Shown here in pieces: positions 1 to 12,688 of a stretch of 64,000 bases of DNA (position 1 is its first letter; each line of letters starts with the position of its first letter). Made by a program: the position numbers and the translations under genes. The stretch is taken from contig NW_025964361.1 in assembly GCF_023055435.1 (NCBI RefSeq), positions 30,132,001 through 30,196,000 on the forward strand, in the 5' to 3' direction. Source of the DNA: Haliotis rufescens. Taxonomy: Eukaryota. The notes beneath the pieces were generated by a model. That model ran no database searches. It was not told the DNA's origin and was given only the letters and a program-made list of their open reading frames with translations.

Positions 1-76
1 AAACCACCCGATCATCTTTCTTGGTTTCTTACAACACATTCGGGGGACCTATTCTAACCCGGAAATCCGACCGGGG
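1..76 (-). mobile_element. Family A retroposon, degenerate 5' fragment
   Basis: accacccgatc...gacctattctaacccgga matches the reverse complement of the family A head. Confidence 0.6.
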
Positions 77-224
77 AAAAAAAGGGAGGTAACTGTGAAG
101 ACAATGCAGGTGCTCGTTCACGACATAGTAGGACCAGCACATGGGGTGTTAGCCAATCGTTGGATTCATGAAACCGTCAGCTAACAAGTATTTGAAAATA
201 ACTTGGCCTCATGCAGTTTCAGAA

Positions 225-918
225 TTATGTATTTACTCCATAACACCCACGGTGGTACAGGAGTACAATATATAATTAACATTTGATAAATATACATAGA
301 ACAATTTAAGACATTGTATACATACATTGCATGTTTAAATTAACATCAGGGTGAAGGTTTTAGAACTCACAAAAAAAGTAAAAAGTAAAAGTAAATTTAC
401 ATTAGTGTTGAGTGCTGTTGTTGGAAAAGATCTTGACAAATTATGGACATTGAGGAACTTGTAATACTATTCGGGGATGCTTAGAGATCTATAGAGAGCA
501 AAGAATTCACTTTTAAATAAATAATGATATTCATCAGCTACTACAGGGGGGTTACAAAGTTGGCACGTTCGTTCTTCTCCAGTGACTTTTTTTTCAATCT
601 AGCGGTTTCTACCGGGAATCTGTGATTACAAGTTTTAAATTTGAATAGAGAGATAGATATGTTTTGGTTAAGTGAGAGGAATTTTTCAAAGGAGAGCTCA
701 GGTTTGATATGCTCACATAGATTGCCTTTAGAACTAGATGTGATATTGTATCGCCACTCTTGAAGAAACTGGTTCTTTAAAGTATCTTCGAATGACACGA
801 CACTTTGAACAACCGTGCAATCAACATTGTTCTTCTGTGACTCAAACAAGCTGAGATATTGACTTGTTGCGTACACTCCTGATGCCCAGGGGACCATCTT
901 GTCCCGCTCAAAATGCAT
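225..918 (-). mobile_element. Non-LTR retrotransposon 3' fragment (ORF2 C-terminus; RTE-X/CR1-group-like), decayed
   Basis: Translation LFKFKTCNHRFPVETAR, then after a frameshift ERTCQLCNPPVVADEYHYLFK. This fits the H-x-L-P-I-E-x-G-R / CxxC...DExH zinc-knuckle end of LINE ORF2. An AT-rich 3' UTR-like stretch follows. Confidence 0.75.
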
Positions 919-1670
919 TAAAACAGTCTATTTGCGATCCTTCACGTGGAGGGCACCTCGTACAAGGCCGCATATATATATGAATGTATGTCTATATGGA
1001 ACACTCGTTCAGAGACAATCTGAGGGGCTGTTGACATCAAGTTCATCAAAGAGAGAAATTCTGTGCTGTGGTTGTGACAAGAAAATAGGAGGAGAATCAA
1101 AATATAGTCGCAACTAGGCATATTTTCTTATAATAATGAAGTAAAAACGAAGGAAAAAAAATAAAATCGAAACAGTTTGCTACACTTTACTTTTGAGTTT
1201 GTAAATAGCACTCGACCTTCGTAAAAGAGCCCGTCTAAATGGATGAAAAGTGAACTGATTCAAGTTTAATCATAACTACCAAACACCATAGGCACCTTAC
1301 TACATTGCACTAGAGGTTGATATTTGTGCAAATCCTCAATAAGTAATTACAGAAAATTTTGAGAGCGATACTTTTGAATTCCTGATCAGCAAAAGGCACC
1401 ATTTCAGCAGTTACCAAATGTATTCACAAAATTTTTTGAACATAATTGAGCCGTTTAGGAGCGCTCCGAGGGTGAACCCAAACTTACATTTGAAGGCAGT
1501 TAATTTATAGTCTGGGAAACAACAAATTTCAAACTGAAATTATATGAATTAAAAAAAGCCACGAGTTCAGACGTTGATCATTTGTAGACACTTCACATGC
1601 CACTTTGAACAGTCTATGCATTAAACTCCGGAAATGAACCCTACTCTCATTTGAATGTCCGACGCATTAC

Positions 1671-1831
1671 CTTGGCAACGGAAACAACAACTTGTTTTTA
1701 ATTCCTGTTTAGCAAAGGGCACCAGTTCGGCTCTTGTCTGATGTGTAGATAAAGTTTCATAATTAATATTAAACAGCTTATGAATTATGGCCCGGAAATT
1801 AACCCGGCTTCCATTTCCACAGTCCGACTTG
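1671..1831 (-). other. Candidate exon, 161 nt; coding status unknown
   Basis: Acceptor tttcttttttcacgtttccacgacag, donor AAG|gtaatg, one fully open frame (KSDCGNGSRVNFRAII...CCFRCQ). No recognisable homology. Confidence 0.25.
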
Positions 1832-2159
1832 CTGTCGTGGAAACGTGAAAAAAGAAATAAATACAAAATGCTTAAATAGCAAAATTCACTTTCACCACTT
1901 TCCTGGCGTGTCTACAAAGTTTCACGTCATGCTCCCTAAGCGAACCCTCCCTTTTTTAAACCTACGGGGAAATCGTGGAATAAACGCTGGTTCATTCGAC
2001 GCAAGGGACAACCATCCAGCCAAACAAAACTGAAAGAAAACTTGTTTCAAAAACCTTCTGAAATAATAAAAACACGATGGTTATTCAGGGATAACAGTCT
2101 AGTGTGTTGCCTTGAAACTTGGTCCAACTTTAAGTGTCGCACATGACATCAACAGATGA

Positions 2160-2640
2160 CTGAAATGAACTTTGTCACTGAAGGCTACAAGACATAGTAG
2201 CATGTTGGGGGTTAACATAGATCAATATATACACACCCATGGCGCATTATGTTCAATAGTCACTTAAAAACATTTTAAAACATTTACAGAAAATTGACAA
2301 CGTCTTCATCGTAAGTTTATCTTTTATATTTACAATCAAACAATTTCACCAGTTAAACATTTCTTGTATAGTAAGATTAGAATTTCGAGCGATGGGAACC
2401 AACTTTTCACAAGTTAAGATATAATGATACCCATCTGCTATGGCATTGCATGTTCAGAACGGACATATCCTTTCAACCAGTGGTATTTTTGTCCAGCGAC
2501 CTCTTTCAATTCGTACCCTGTGACAAGACAATCTAAAATGTAACAGTGGCATGTGGAATTGTTTCGGTGAATTAGATTGGTAGAATTCGGTTTTAATTTC
2601 ATTTTTGATAAATTTATAGAACAACAGTACATTCCATGTT
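2160..2640 (-). mobile_element. Second non-LTR retrotransposon 3' fragment (ORF2 C-terminus), decayed
   Basis: LLHFRLSCHRVRIERGRWTKIPLVERICPF, followed by ...AIADGYHYILTC in another frame; same motif type as 225-918. Confidence 0.75.
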
Positions 2641-3240
2641 CGCGCTATTAATAGTATCCAGTCTATATGGCTACGGTATATTTTAAAATAATAAGTGACA
2701 ATATTAGAACATAATATTATGAAATTACAAATAATTATAGCGCAATTTTGCTGTTGCACAACATTAAGGAAAGTACAACTATTTCTTCAAAAGTCACGCA
2801 ATAGTTCTTGAACGCAGTGACTGTTAAAGACCGTGTAGCCCTTGTAATGGCGAAATGTCTCATAGTAATACTGGATTAGAAGGCGTCTTAAAAAACATAC
2901 TTGATATTTTACATAAATAATACACAAACGAAAAACAATTAGTTTTTCAATGAACAAATTGACAATGCATGTATTTTCCAGTCAGTTACCCATAAGTCCC
3001 ATAGTCCAAACTTATATCATACCCAAAGAGAATAAGAGATGGAGACGATGACGAATGGGTCCAGGTTGTGGAGAATTAATACCCTGGCTAATCGAGGATG
3101 CCTCAAATGAATTGTTGATTGTAATTGTGAATGAGTGAGTGAGTTGGGTTAACACATTTTGAGCAGTATGTCAGTTATATGTCAAGGCACGTCTTGTTAT
3201 CTTCTTACGTGTCTTACATGTTATCTTCTTACGGTTATCC

Positions 3241-3325
3241 TTTCCGCGGACACTTGGTGTCATCACTGATTTTCAGTGATCCATTCATATAATTTTCACC
3301 TTGTTTGCCTTTTCGTTGGGAAAAC
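3241..3325 (+). repeat. Unclassified interspersed repeat (other copies ~13337-13450 and ~53961-54080)
   Basis: Shared tttc(c)gcg(g/a)acac(t/c)tggtgtcatcac..attttcagtgat..attcatataa.tttcac at three loci. Confidence 0.6.
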
Positions 3326-4199
3326 GAGATTGATCACTGGCTAGCATTGACTTTTTATATTCGATCTCCCCCTGCATGGTGCTGGTATAGGGTGAGGTAA
3401 GGTACATTTTTTAGGTTAGCTACAGTATTTATTTATTCGTTGCGTAAAGTGCAAAAAAGTTTCGTTCCACACCACGTTCAACTGACGTTTTACTCAAATA
3501 GTCAACTAAGTGATTTGTCACGTACATCAAGGCTCGACCACGGATGATGGTGCACGTGACAGCAGTTGCATGTATATTTCATAAGTTCCGGCCCCGTGCG
3601 ACTGATTGGAGCCAAGGTCTGTCATACCAACCCAGAACTGTCTTCCAGAACAATGAAACACCACGCTGAAGCTAGACGCGGGTTGTTTTATGAAAGCGAT
3701 TAACAATGAAACACATAGATAGATCATGACAGTGTGCTTGAACAGGAATGAAATGACTACCCAACAAACGTGGTGTACCTAGGAATAGAATAACTTTCAT
3801 AGAAAATTATTCCTTGTATCGATTGTTGCTATTCCGATCATTACAGTTGCTAAAGAAAGAGGTTGTTATATTAAACATGGCGACGACTGGCATGTTGTTT
3901 AACATTGACATCTATACTGACATTGTCAATGTACATACAAATTACCTTTGAATGACAAGAATAATATTAATTATTGTTGAATAATGCATAATTTGAATCA
4001 TAGTTTGTCCTCTCCTCGGGACTCGGTTTAAAGAAGACTAATTTGGTCTGATGGTCAGGCTTTGTTTCCTGGTTGACCGTAGGGGTTATGAAACATCAAC
4101 AGCATTCTATTGTGCCCATAATATCAACCACACGTATCTCAGAATCGTTTATTTAAAGATCGCCGTGATATATCTTGAATATATATGACTGTGACTTCA

Positions 4200-5448
4200 A
4201 ACAAGAGGCCCATAAGGCCCGTATCGCTCACTGGATATTTACGCAATCATGACAAAATATACATTTGCATTGTACATGTATATAATACTGCAAAAATTTC
4301 GTAATTTTGACTCTGTCAGCATTTAAAAGGGGTGGATGGCAAATCTAACAGCATGAACGTGTACTTCTCTAGATACAAATGTAGCATAAAGATCTGAAAC
4401 GTTTCCATGTTATGATCCAGGATCTAAGTTTCCAGAGGCAAGGCTGGCGAATCCTATTGGCATAAATGTATTATTCTCTTCATAACAAACAAATGTAAAC
4501 AATGTGTCTGTTTATTATAGGGTGGGGATAATATCGGTTTGCATGTAATGGCCAAGGTTCTAACTCTTTTGGGAGTGCCAGTCCTGGTAGCATGGATGTA
4601 TTGTCTAATGAAGATGAGCATGGGCATATAGGATGGGTATCACTCCAGAATTACTCTTTTTAGCCCCGCCCCCCAGTCCCGGTTTTTCTCCAATTTGAAT
4701 CCCACCATTGGAGAATGCTTCCAACCAAAAATGTTTTATATCTCTCTCTTAGTTCAAGAGAAGAAGTCGTTTAGAGCAATAACGCCAAATTACACCTATT
4801 TCGCCCCGCCCTCAGCCCATTGGGGGGTGATCAACCCTTCTTCCATTTGTACAATTTTGAATCCTCACCACCGGAGAATGCTTCCAATCATATATGGTTG
4901 ATATTTATCTCTTATTTGTAGAGAAGAAGTCGTTTGAAGCAATAACGCCAAATTATCCTTATTTCGCCCCGCCCTCATCCCCTTGGTTGTGCCAGCCCCA
5001 CCATTTGTACAATTTTGAATCCTCACCTCCGGAGAATGCTTCCAACCAAATATGGTTGATATCTATCTCTTAGTTCCAGAGAAGAAGTTGCTTAAAGCAT
5101 AATAGCCAAATTTCCCCTATTTGGCCCCGCCCCTCAGCCCCCTGGGGGTCGGCCACCACCATTTGTTTAATTTAGAATCCTCACCACCGGAGAATGCTTC
5201 CAACCAAATATGGTTGATATCCATCTCTTTGTTCCAGATAAGAAGTCGTTTAAAGCATTATAGCCAAATTAACCCTATTTGGCCCCGGTCCTCAGTCCCC
5301 TTGGGGTCAGCGCTACCATTTGTACAATTTTAATTTCCGATTAGTGCTTCATGAGAAGAAGTCGTTTGAAAAAAATTGTTGCGGGACGGACGACGGAAGC
5401 CACGGTATGGCATAAGTTCACCTTGGTCCTTCGGACCAGGTGAGCTAA
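4200..5448 (-). mobile_element. Non-autonomous Helentron-type element (HINE/DINE-1/CvA-like) with internal tandem array
   Basis: Minus strand starts tagctcacctgGTCCgaaGGACcaaggtgaact (subTIR plus hairpin), then ccgtcgtccgtcc, then 4-5 tandem units, and ends cagtgagcgatacgGGCCttatgGGCCtcttgtt (subTIR plus 3' palindrome). Confidence 0.8.
4660..5335. repeat. Tandem array of ~157-163 bp units (4-5 copies) inside the Helentron-type element
   Basis: gaatcc..acc.ccggagaatgcttccaacc recurs at about 4697, 4860, 5017 and 5174. Confidence 0.9.
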
Positions 5449-6089
5449 CATCAACGTTAAGCGAAGCTAGGTTCGGGCCAAGTGGCAGTTCTACCAGCAA
5501 GATAAATTCAAGTAGTTCACATACTGCTTTGTTTGTCACATTCCATGATATATATATATATATCGACCCGGCAGTTCATGGTCACCCTAAAGAGACAAGA
5601 GTCCACACGGGACACTAATTACAACGTCTAGACCTAGACCTAATGACCAGAGTCTCTCCATAAGACCAATGCTCACATTAATCTTCCTACCCAAAATGTT
5701 AATGGATGTTAGGGTTAGATTTAATGTCCAGCCCGCTACTTTAGTGTCGATAAGTGTGTGATTCTCAAATATGTATTAATATTACGCACTTGTAGTTGTG
5801 TGGACATTTCTGCGTATAGACTTCACAGATACATAAAAATTGAGAATAAGAAAACGCGATGTTGAAACATACATTGCAGTTAAATGTAAAAGGAAAGCCT
5901 ATATTGATTGTGGGCGAAAACGTGCACCACTTTTGTGAAACCCTGGTATATCAATGTGGTAAGGATCTTAATCGGACAATTCGTGAATTCGAATGAACGC
6001 CCGTCCCCACGCTTGCAGCTAAATATACCACGATGAGAGAGTAATGGCACCCTAGGACGCGAGAGGAACTCTAAACTTATGTTTCACAA

Positions 6090-6285
6090 AATACGACTTG
6101 TGTTTTCAGAGTATCCTGACATAGTCAAGGGACGCAACTAAACACATATGCAGCGCATTAATCACCCGTACGCATGTGGAATAGATTCGACTCAATTTCA
6201 ACTGAAGTTTAACGTTATACAACTTGTGTTTTAGGAGGAGCCTGGCATACTCAAGGGACACAACTCAACACATATGCGGCGACTT
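6090..6285. repeat. Diverged direct duplication, ~65 bp, ~126 bp spacing
   Basis: tac.acttgtgtttt...cata.tcaagggac.caact.aacacatatgc.gcg occurs twice. Confidence 0.7.
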
Positions 6286-6442
6286 AAACCATCAGGGAGA
6301 ATTACAGCCTAATCCAAATCAATCTCCTTACTTCATTCAATATGAAACTTAAGGTCTGCGTCATTCCGGGTTTCCTTCCACATGTAGCTGACACGTCATG
6401 ATATAACTGGTATACTGCCACTCATAACTCACTCAATATGAG

Positions 6443-6596
6443 GGGGCGGTCGGATAGCCTAGTGGTTAAAGCGTCGCTCGTCACGCCGAAGACCCGGGTT
6501 CGAATCCCGACATGGGTACAATGTGTGAAGCCCATTTCTGGTGTCCCCCGCCGTGATATTGCTGGAATATGCTAAAAGCGACGTAAAACCATACTC
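6443..6596 (+). mobile_element. Family B tRNA-derived SINE
   Basis: A box tagcctagtgg, B box ggttcgaatcc, (actc)n tail, TSD actcaatatgag. Confidence 0.9.
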
Positions 6597-7044
6597 ACTC
6601 ACTCAATATGAGAGGCGGTTACGGTAACACCATTCCTTATATTTTAATCTAAGTCAACAATTTGTTGTTTCGTATGTTGTTATTAAAACTAGCGCAGGTT
6701 TAGTTACTAGTCAACATGGCAATTAGGAATCAAATCAGGTTAAATCAAACGTCATATCATTGGCTTGACATGATGCTGTTTGTGCATATTAATACATTGC
6801 ATCGTCAATACCGTGAGGGAAATCACAGTCACCCAGCGGTGATACCACGTCCAAGTCACCTATGTGTCGTATATGAGACGATTTAGCGGATCGGATGGTC
6901 TGACTGGTTGATTGAGTACCACATCACCTGAACAGTTTTGGGCGTCGATCAAATATCCTTCGCTTCTTTGTCGATTATGTATTTATCCTATCAGCAACAT
7001 TTATCAATTGTGTGGGCCGAGACATCAAACTTGCCCTTACCGGG

Positions 7045-7600
7045 CATCTTCCCGAGGCAAGGGAGTTAACGGACTATAAAAGTCCATTTTCCATCCTTGC
7101 CGAACTAGGCTGGAATTCCGGAGTTACATTTTGGCTGGACTAACGAGTCTTACATAGTCCAATCAAAATCGCGTAACGACCTGGACATCCGGTTCGTAAA
7201 CAACATGGATTTCAACGTGCAGATTTCTGTTGACTGCATGATTTGCAAAGCATGTGTAACCGCCAACTGGGCGTCGACAGATATTTTGCATATCTTTTCC
7301 TGTTTTTAATCCAGGTTATCAAGTGATTTGATGCACTTCGCTAGGTAAGGCCTATTGTATTACAATATAGATCTTGACTATCGATCAAATGGTCTTGACA
7401 GGGTATCGCCATTTTGTTTGAAGCAATTGCAAGTGTTAGAAGAAGTGGAATCTGATTGGTCAATAGGAGGGACATAGAAGGGAAATAACTTATGATAGAC
7501 ACTAGTGGTGCTACGATCGAGCCTGGAAATTCCAGTCCGGTTCGGCAAGGATGGAAACTGGACTTTTATAGTCAGTTAACTCCCTTGTCTCGGGAAGATG
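7045..7600. mobile_element. MITE with ~75-bp terminal inverted repeats
   Basis: catcttcccgaggcaagggagttaacggactataaaagtcca... at 7045 and its reverse complement ending ...cccttgtctcgggaagatg at 7600; no clear TSD. Confidence 0.8.
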
Positions 7601-7929
7601 TAACTGTGTTTCATTGGAAAATCAAGACTCGTCCTTCTCTAGGATTAGCGTTTTATATTAACATGTCACCGCCATATAGCTGAAATATCGCTGGGTTACA
7701 CAAACGATCAAAACTAACATATAGAAAAATGGAAACGACACATTTCTATAAAGCTACACTGGCTCCTCTTTGTCATCTTGTTGGAGTCAAGTTGGATGGA
7801 TATTGCCTACTTCAAATATCTGCTGACGTGTGTTGCGTGGCTAGTGTATCGCAAATACAGTCTACTGAAACGATGAATGTTTTTGTATACAAGTATCTTC
7901 CTTGCACAAGTCGAATACATGTCAAACCA

Positions 7930-8188
7930 GACCCGTGAAGATCCGGGGTAGAATAGGTCTTCAGCTACCCATGCTTGCCGTAAAAGGCGACTATGCTTGT
8001 CGTAAGAGGCGACTAACGGGATCGGGTGGTCAGGCTCGCTGACTTGGTTGATGAATGTCATCGATCCCAATTGCGTGGATCGATGCTCATGATGTCAATC
8101 ACTGGATTGTCTGGTCCAGACTCGACTATTTACCGACCGCCGTCATATAGCTTGAATATTGCTGATTGCGGCGTTAAACAACAAACAA
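7930..8188 (+). mobile_element. Family A retroposon, full length
   Basis: gacccgtgaagatccggggtag...cggcgttaaacaacaaacaa; 13-bp TSD acatgtcaaacca. Confidence 0.95.
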
Positions 8189-10271
8189 ACATGTCAAACC
8201 AATTGAGTAAGTTCCAATGGTGCTTTGGAGGAGACTTGAAAGCGGGGTTAATATGTTTTTTACAGGGGGGGGGGGGGCAAATATTTGTACAAGTATCACT
8301 TGTCCCCAACTTGTATTTTCATGAGTCAAATAAAACACCGGCTGGCTACGGCACTGCTGTTGAAAATCACAACCAACCCTACTTGAAATATGATCGTCAA
8401 TGCCATATATTTAATTTCCGTCACAAACATAGTTGATCGAAAAATAAACGCTGATAGGGCCAAGGCAACAGGTGGCTGTGAAATCGACGTGTCTTCCGTC
8501 ATATAACTCCTCCATGTGCACCTGCCTTCGAAATTCGCGCTAGCCCATAAGCCCGAGACTACTAGATATATAGTGCTGAAGACAAGTAAAAATCAAATGA
8601 TGGTAGTCCTTGACTAGTAGCATTTGGGGGCAATAATTCTAAGCAGTTCTCAATGCTTCAATTTTGCTACGAATTGGAACTGAATATAACTGACAGGAAA
8701 TTTAAACAGTAAACAGTCTTTTCGCGTCCAAGCCGGGATAACTACAAACTCTGAGCACAGATGAATGTTTATACTATTTCTCTTGACTCATCTAAATATC
8801 TAAGGTTGCATAGACATATTTCAATTTGGGATATACCAGAGCTATAGATAGCTTTTGTTTATTTGGGTATTTTACCCAGAGGTTTGATTTTGATAGGGTA
8901 TCCACAAGTTTAAGAGGGTATTCAATTTGTTGTACCCACCTGTTTCGTGATATTTAGGTATTTAACTTAAAACCTGTTTCGTAACAATCCCTGTAAATCT
9001 TTTAAGCAATTGTGAATAGTTGTATACCCATCTGCATCTGCTTGCGGCTCCCCACCGGGAAGCCATTTTTTTTGTTTACAAAACCTAGCATTGTAGGAAA
9101 GGCACTATTAACTACCAATCAGCGACTGATTAAGATACAACATGTACATTGACTAGGCACGATATGTTTTTCAATTGGCATCTATCAGTTTGTCTGTCGC
9201 AGAAGCATTTCCGAATGCAACTGTCGGGAACTGATCTTGGCGATCGGCTGATGCACAATCATTTTATCTAACAGTTGTAATATAGCAATCGTTTCATCTA
9301 CTAGTTATAATATTCGCATTCATTTTATTTCAATAGCGTATTTATAGTTTTTGTTCCGTATTTGATACTCTAGGTTTTGTTTTGTCTGCGTATTTCAGTT
9401 TATGTAATGCGTATTTTACGCAAATACGCAGCTTATATCGAAATCCGTATACTGCTTATATCGATTGTCGATTAAAACAAAGTAGCAGCTGTGTTGTTCT
9501 GGTCTCGAATATTACAGCACAAATCTGATCAATGTCGAGACAAATGAAATATACAAGACCACAATGGACGTGCATGTTTGCGATAACGATTTTCTGACGC
9601 TGTAACACGCGAATCATACATCCGTGACGGCCTTATAATGAGGCCGCCAGGGGTGTCAAGATGTTGCTTGGCAGTATTATTCGATATGAGTAAATGTCTC
9701 TATCTAAGTCTTGTGGACATCTACTCAAAAGCTGATTAGTGCTGAAAGTAATTTCTTGATGTCCAAAATATCTATGCATAAGTTTTATATATCTGTAGAT
9801 ATTGGCTGTCAGCTGTGTCCGATGTACTTGCTAGCCTCACCGGTGTAGTAGTGAAGTTGGTTGTGCGTCGCATTTAATATATCAATCTAACTCACTCACT
9901 CAAATAAATCTGTTACTTAGAGCGACCAAAACCATTGCAAACTGTTTTATTATATGAATAAACTCCATAAAATACAATCTGCTACGGAAACAGATAAGTA
10001 TTTCAGTCATAATATCCAGCGGAATTAATTAATATTCAAATAGACAGTTTTTCAATACTTTAACGGGTTATTTATCACTACATAAATACGAGAAACATCG
10101 TTAACTCGAAGTTCCTAGACAAGGAGGGAGTGCGAGTGGAGTTATCAAGCAATCGAGCAAAGGGAGTGTCGATATAAGAATACACTGCCTTCTACTATTG
10201 TTGTCAAGTAACATCGTCATTGACGTAAAAGCGTGCAAGAATTTTAGTGCAACAATTTACATTAAAACGTC

Positions 10272-10473
10272 ACCCGTGAAGATCCGGGGTAGAATAGGTC
10301 TTCAGCAACCCATGCTTGCCGTAAAAGGCGACTACGCTTGTAAGAGGCGTCTACGGGATCGGGTGGTCAGGCTCGCTGACTTGGGCGGTGCATGTCATCG
10401 ATTGATTATTGACACAGACCGCAGTCATAGAGCTGGAATATTGCTGAGTGCGGCGTTAAACAACAAACAAACA
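10272..10473 (+). mobile_element. Family A retroposon, internally deleted
   Basis: Family A head and tail present, middle shortened. Confidence 0.9.
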
Positions 10474-11849
10474 GACATCTTGAAATTTAGAGCAAGAGTC
10501 GTGTGATTTTCTTGTAATTTTAGAAAAACTTACTCCATACCACAAAAGTTGTGAAAAGTAGGCACCAAAGACTGAAGCGCGCTGGACATTGCTCGACTTA
10601 AAGGGAAAGTTGACTACTGGAAACCCATCCAGGAAAATAAACCCCAAATCTTCAGCGTGACGAGCCAGCGCCTTACCCATTCGGCCACTCAACCGTTCAG
10701 AGAGGGACGAGTTTCAAAACACGAGAGACTACTTCTCAATCCTCGCAGTAATATCGTTCGCTTGTCAAACATCTTTAGTCAGTTTGCTGCAACTTCATCC
10801 CATTATTCCCAGTGTGTGTTTAAGAGAGAAGTCAACATGAGAATGGATTAAACTGTAGAATTCGTTTAACACAAGTCACTACCGCTTGTCATTGACCGCC
10901 ATTCTCATGTAATTCCGTGTACAGACAATACGGCGATGTGTATTAAGTAGCGTTAAAATACATCAATGGCTTATTTCTCCCTGGCACTGCTCTTGTAGCA
11001 GGGCATTGTGTGGTGATTGGACTCAGTGGATTCAATTTAACCCGAGTGAAGTCACTGGCAATTAGTAGAACTGTAGCCCCGTTCAACTGGGGATCTAACA
11101 TAGGACTCAAATCATATGTACATAATGTCTCGATTGTGACGCGAGACTCAACTCTTATTAAGACTAGGTTTCAGATGCATGATTGCAACTAGCTAATGCT
11201 TTTAGATCGATATGATTAACATTACAGAGTAATAACGAGCCGTTGGCAGAACCGTAAGCCTTTGTCCCTCAGTGCAAATTGTCAGGCCAGTCGAAACCAC
11301 GGTTAAAAGCATGACAGTTATTTAATAAACCATACCAGTGGCTTGTACAGAAGAGCGTTCCATTGCTGTGTGCATGAGCAAGGATCATAACATAATGAAA
11401 AGAAACTACTGTACATAATTATGAATATCTGGCAGTGGTTCCTAATACAGGCTTTTGGTTCGATACATTATCTTGTTTGTGTATGAAGTTGCTTCTGAAT
11501 GTTTCCAAACAAACCTTTCGTGTAATACATGAATTAAAAACTATTGACGATAATATTTACGGCATGGTCGTCTTATTCTTTTACTGATTATTATTATCAT
11601 TATGATTATTGTTATCATCGTACCTCTTACCACTGGTAGTCTATTATCAGGCTTAGGCATGAAGAGAGCTCGGCCCAAACTGTTCATGTTCAATATAAAT
11701 AACGTATTTCAATTTAAATAAAAGGGACAAAACCCTTAAAATTCCATTGTCATAAGAAATCTCCACCCTTAAGATTCCGAGTATATCATAAGCATACTCC
11801 TTTGATTATAATAACTGTTTTGATTATCATTGTAACTATAATTAGGAGT

Positions 11850-12205
11850 CACCATTATCATCATCATCATCATCATCATATTATTATTATCATTATTATT
11901 ATTATAGGCTCATCATCAGCCCAGGGCCCATTGCCTCCTCTACACGCAGCCTAGACAGCGAATGTGACTTTTTTGGAGAATGTGAAGACTCCCCAACACT
12001 GCAGCCTTCTGCATTACCCAGATTGTCAGAAGAGCTGTATTCCTGGTAGCAAACCCGGGTACTCTCCCAACGTCAGTCAACAGATTGGGAGGTACAAAAA
12101 ACCTAAGGCACCGAGAACAATGGGGAGTCGGACAACTTGGTGTTTGGGATGCAAGCATGACATTTCGAAAGCGAAGTCCGCATATTTGCCATGTTATTGT
12201 TGGTG
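11850..12205 (-). mobile_element. R4/Dong-like (restriction-like endonuclease) non-LTR retrotransposon 3' fragment ending in a TAA/TGA microsatellite
   Basis: KYADFAFEMSCLHPKHQVVRLPIVLGALG, frameshift, then MQKAAVLGSLHILQK; matches the KYxDLxxE..PIVIGALG..LQKxxLLG C-terminus of the R4 clade. (taa/tga)n lies directly downstream. Confidence 0.8.
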
Positions 12206-12446
12206 AACGGATTAATACATAATATAAATTGCCTTTTCTAAGGAGTGTATTAAAGAAGGACACGAATAAAACAAACACGGAACTACCAGGTCAGGAACTC
12301 AGTAAGAACACATAAAAAATGTGCACCTATCCGATTAAATCTCTCAACATCTCAAAATATACATTATTCATTTATTCTCGGCACTTTTTGCACTTGAAAC
12401 TTACAGCTCACATTATTCGAACATTCTTAAATATATGATATATAGA

Positions 12447-12688
12447 GATCCGTGAAGTTCCGTGTTAGAATAGGTCTTCAGCAACCATGCTTGCCATACA
12501 AGGCGATTATGCTTGTCGTAAGAGGCGTTTAGCGGGATCGGGGGGTCAGGCTTGCTGTCATCGTATTTCAATTGCGTAAATCGATGCTCATGATATCAAT
12601 CACTGGATTGTCTGATCCAGACTCGATTATTTACAGACCGTCGTCATAGGTGGAATATTGCTGAGTGCGGCGTTAAACAACAAACAAA
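12447..12688 (+). mobile_element. Family A retroposon
   Basis: Head gatccgtgaagttccgtgttagaataggtcttcagc through tail cggcgttaaacaacaaac. Confidence 0.9.

Noticed and set aside
6443-6515. tRNA-Asp-like sequence (also 56340-56414 and 61396-61470)
   Set aside because: No proper acceptor stem; continues into a SINE body and tail with TSDs, so a SINE head rather than a tRNA gene.
8026-8436. Recurrent MVRLADLVD.../MLMMSITGLSGPD ORFs across the window
   Set aside because: Incidental translations of family A; frames vary and break between copies.
10835-10910. 12-bp inverted repeat acatgagaatgg/ccattctcatgt
   Set aside because: Short stem with a ~50-nt unpaired interior; no TSD or RNA family features.
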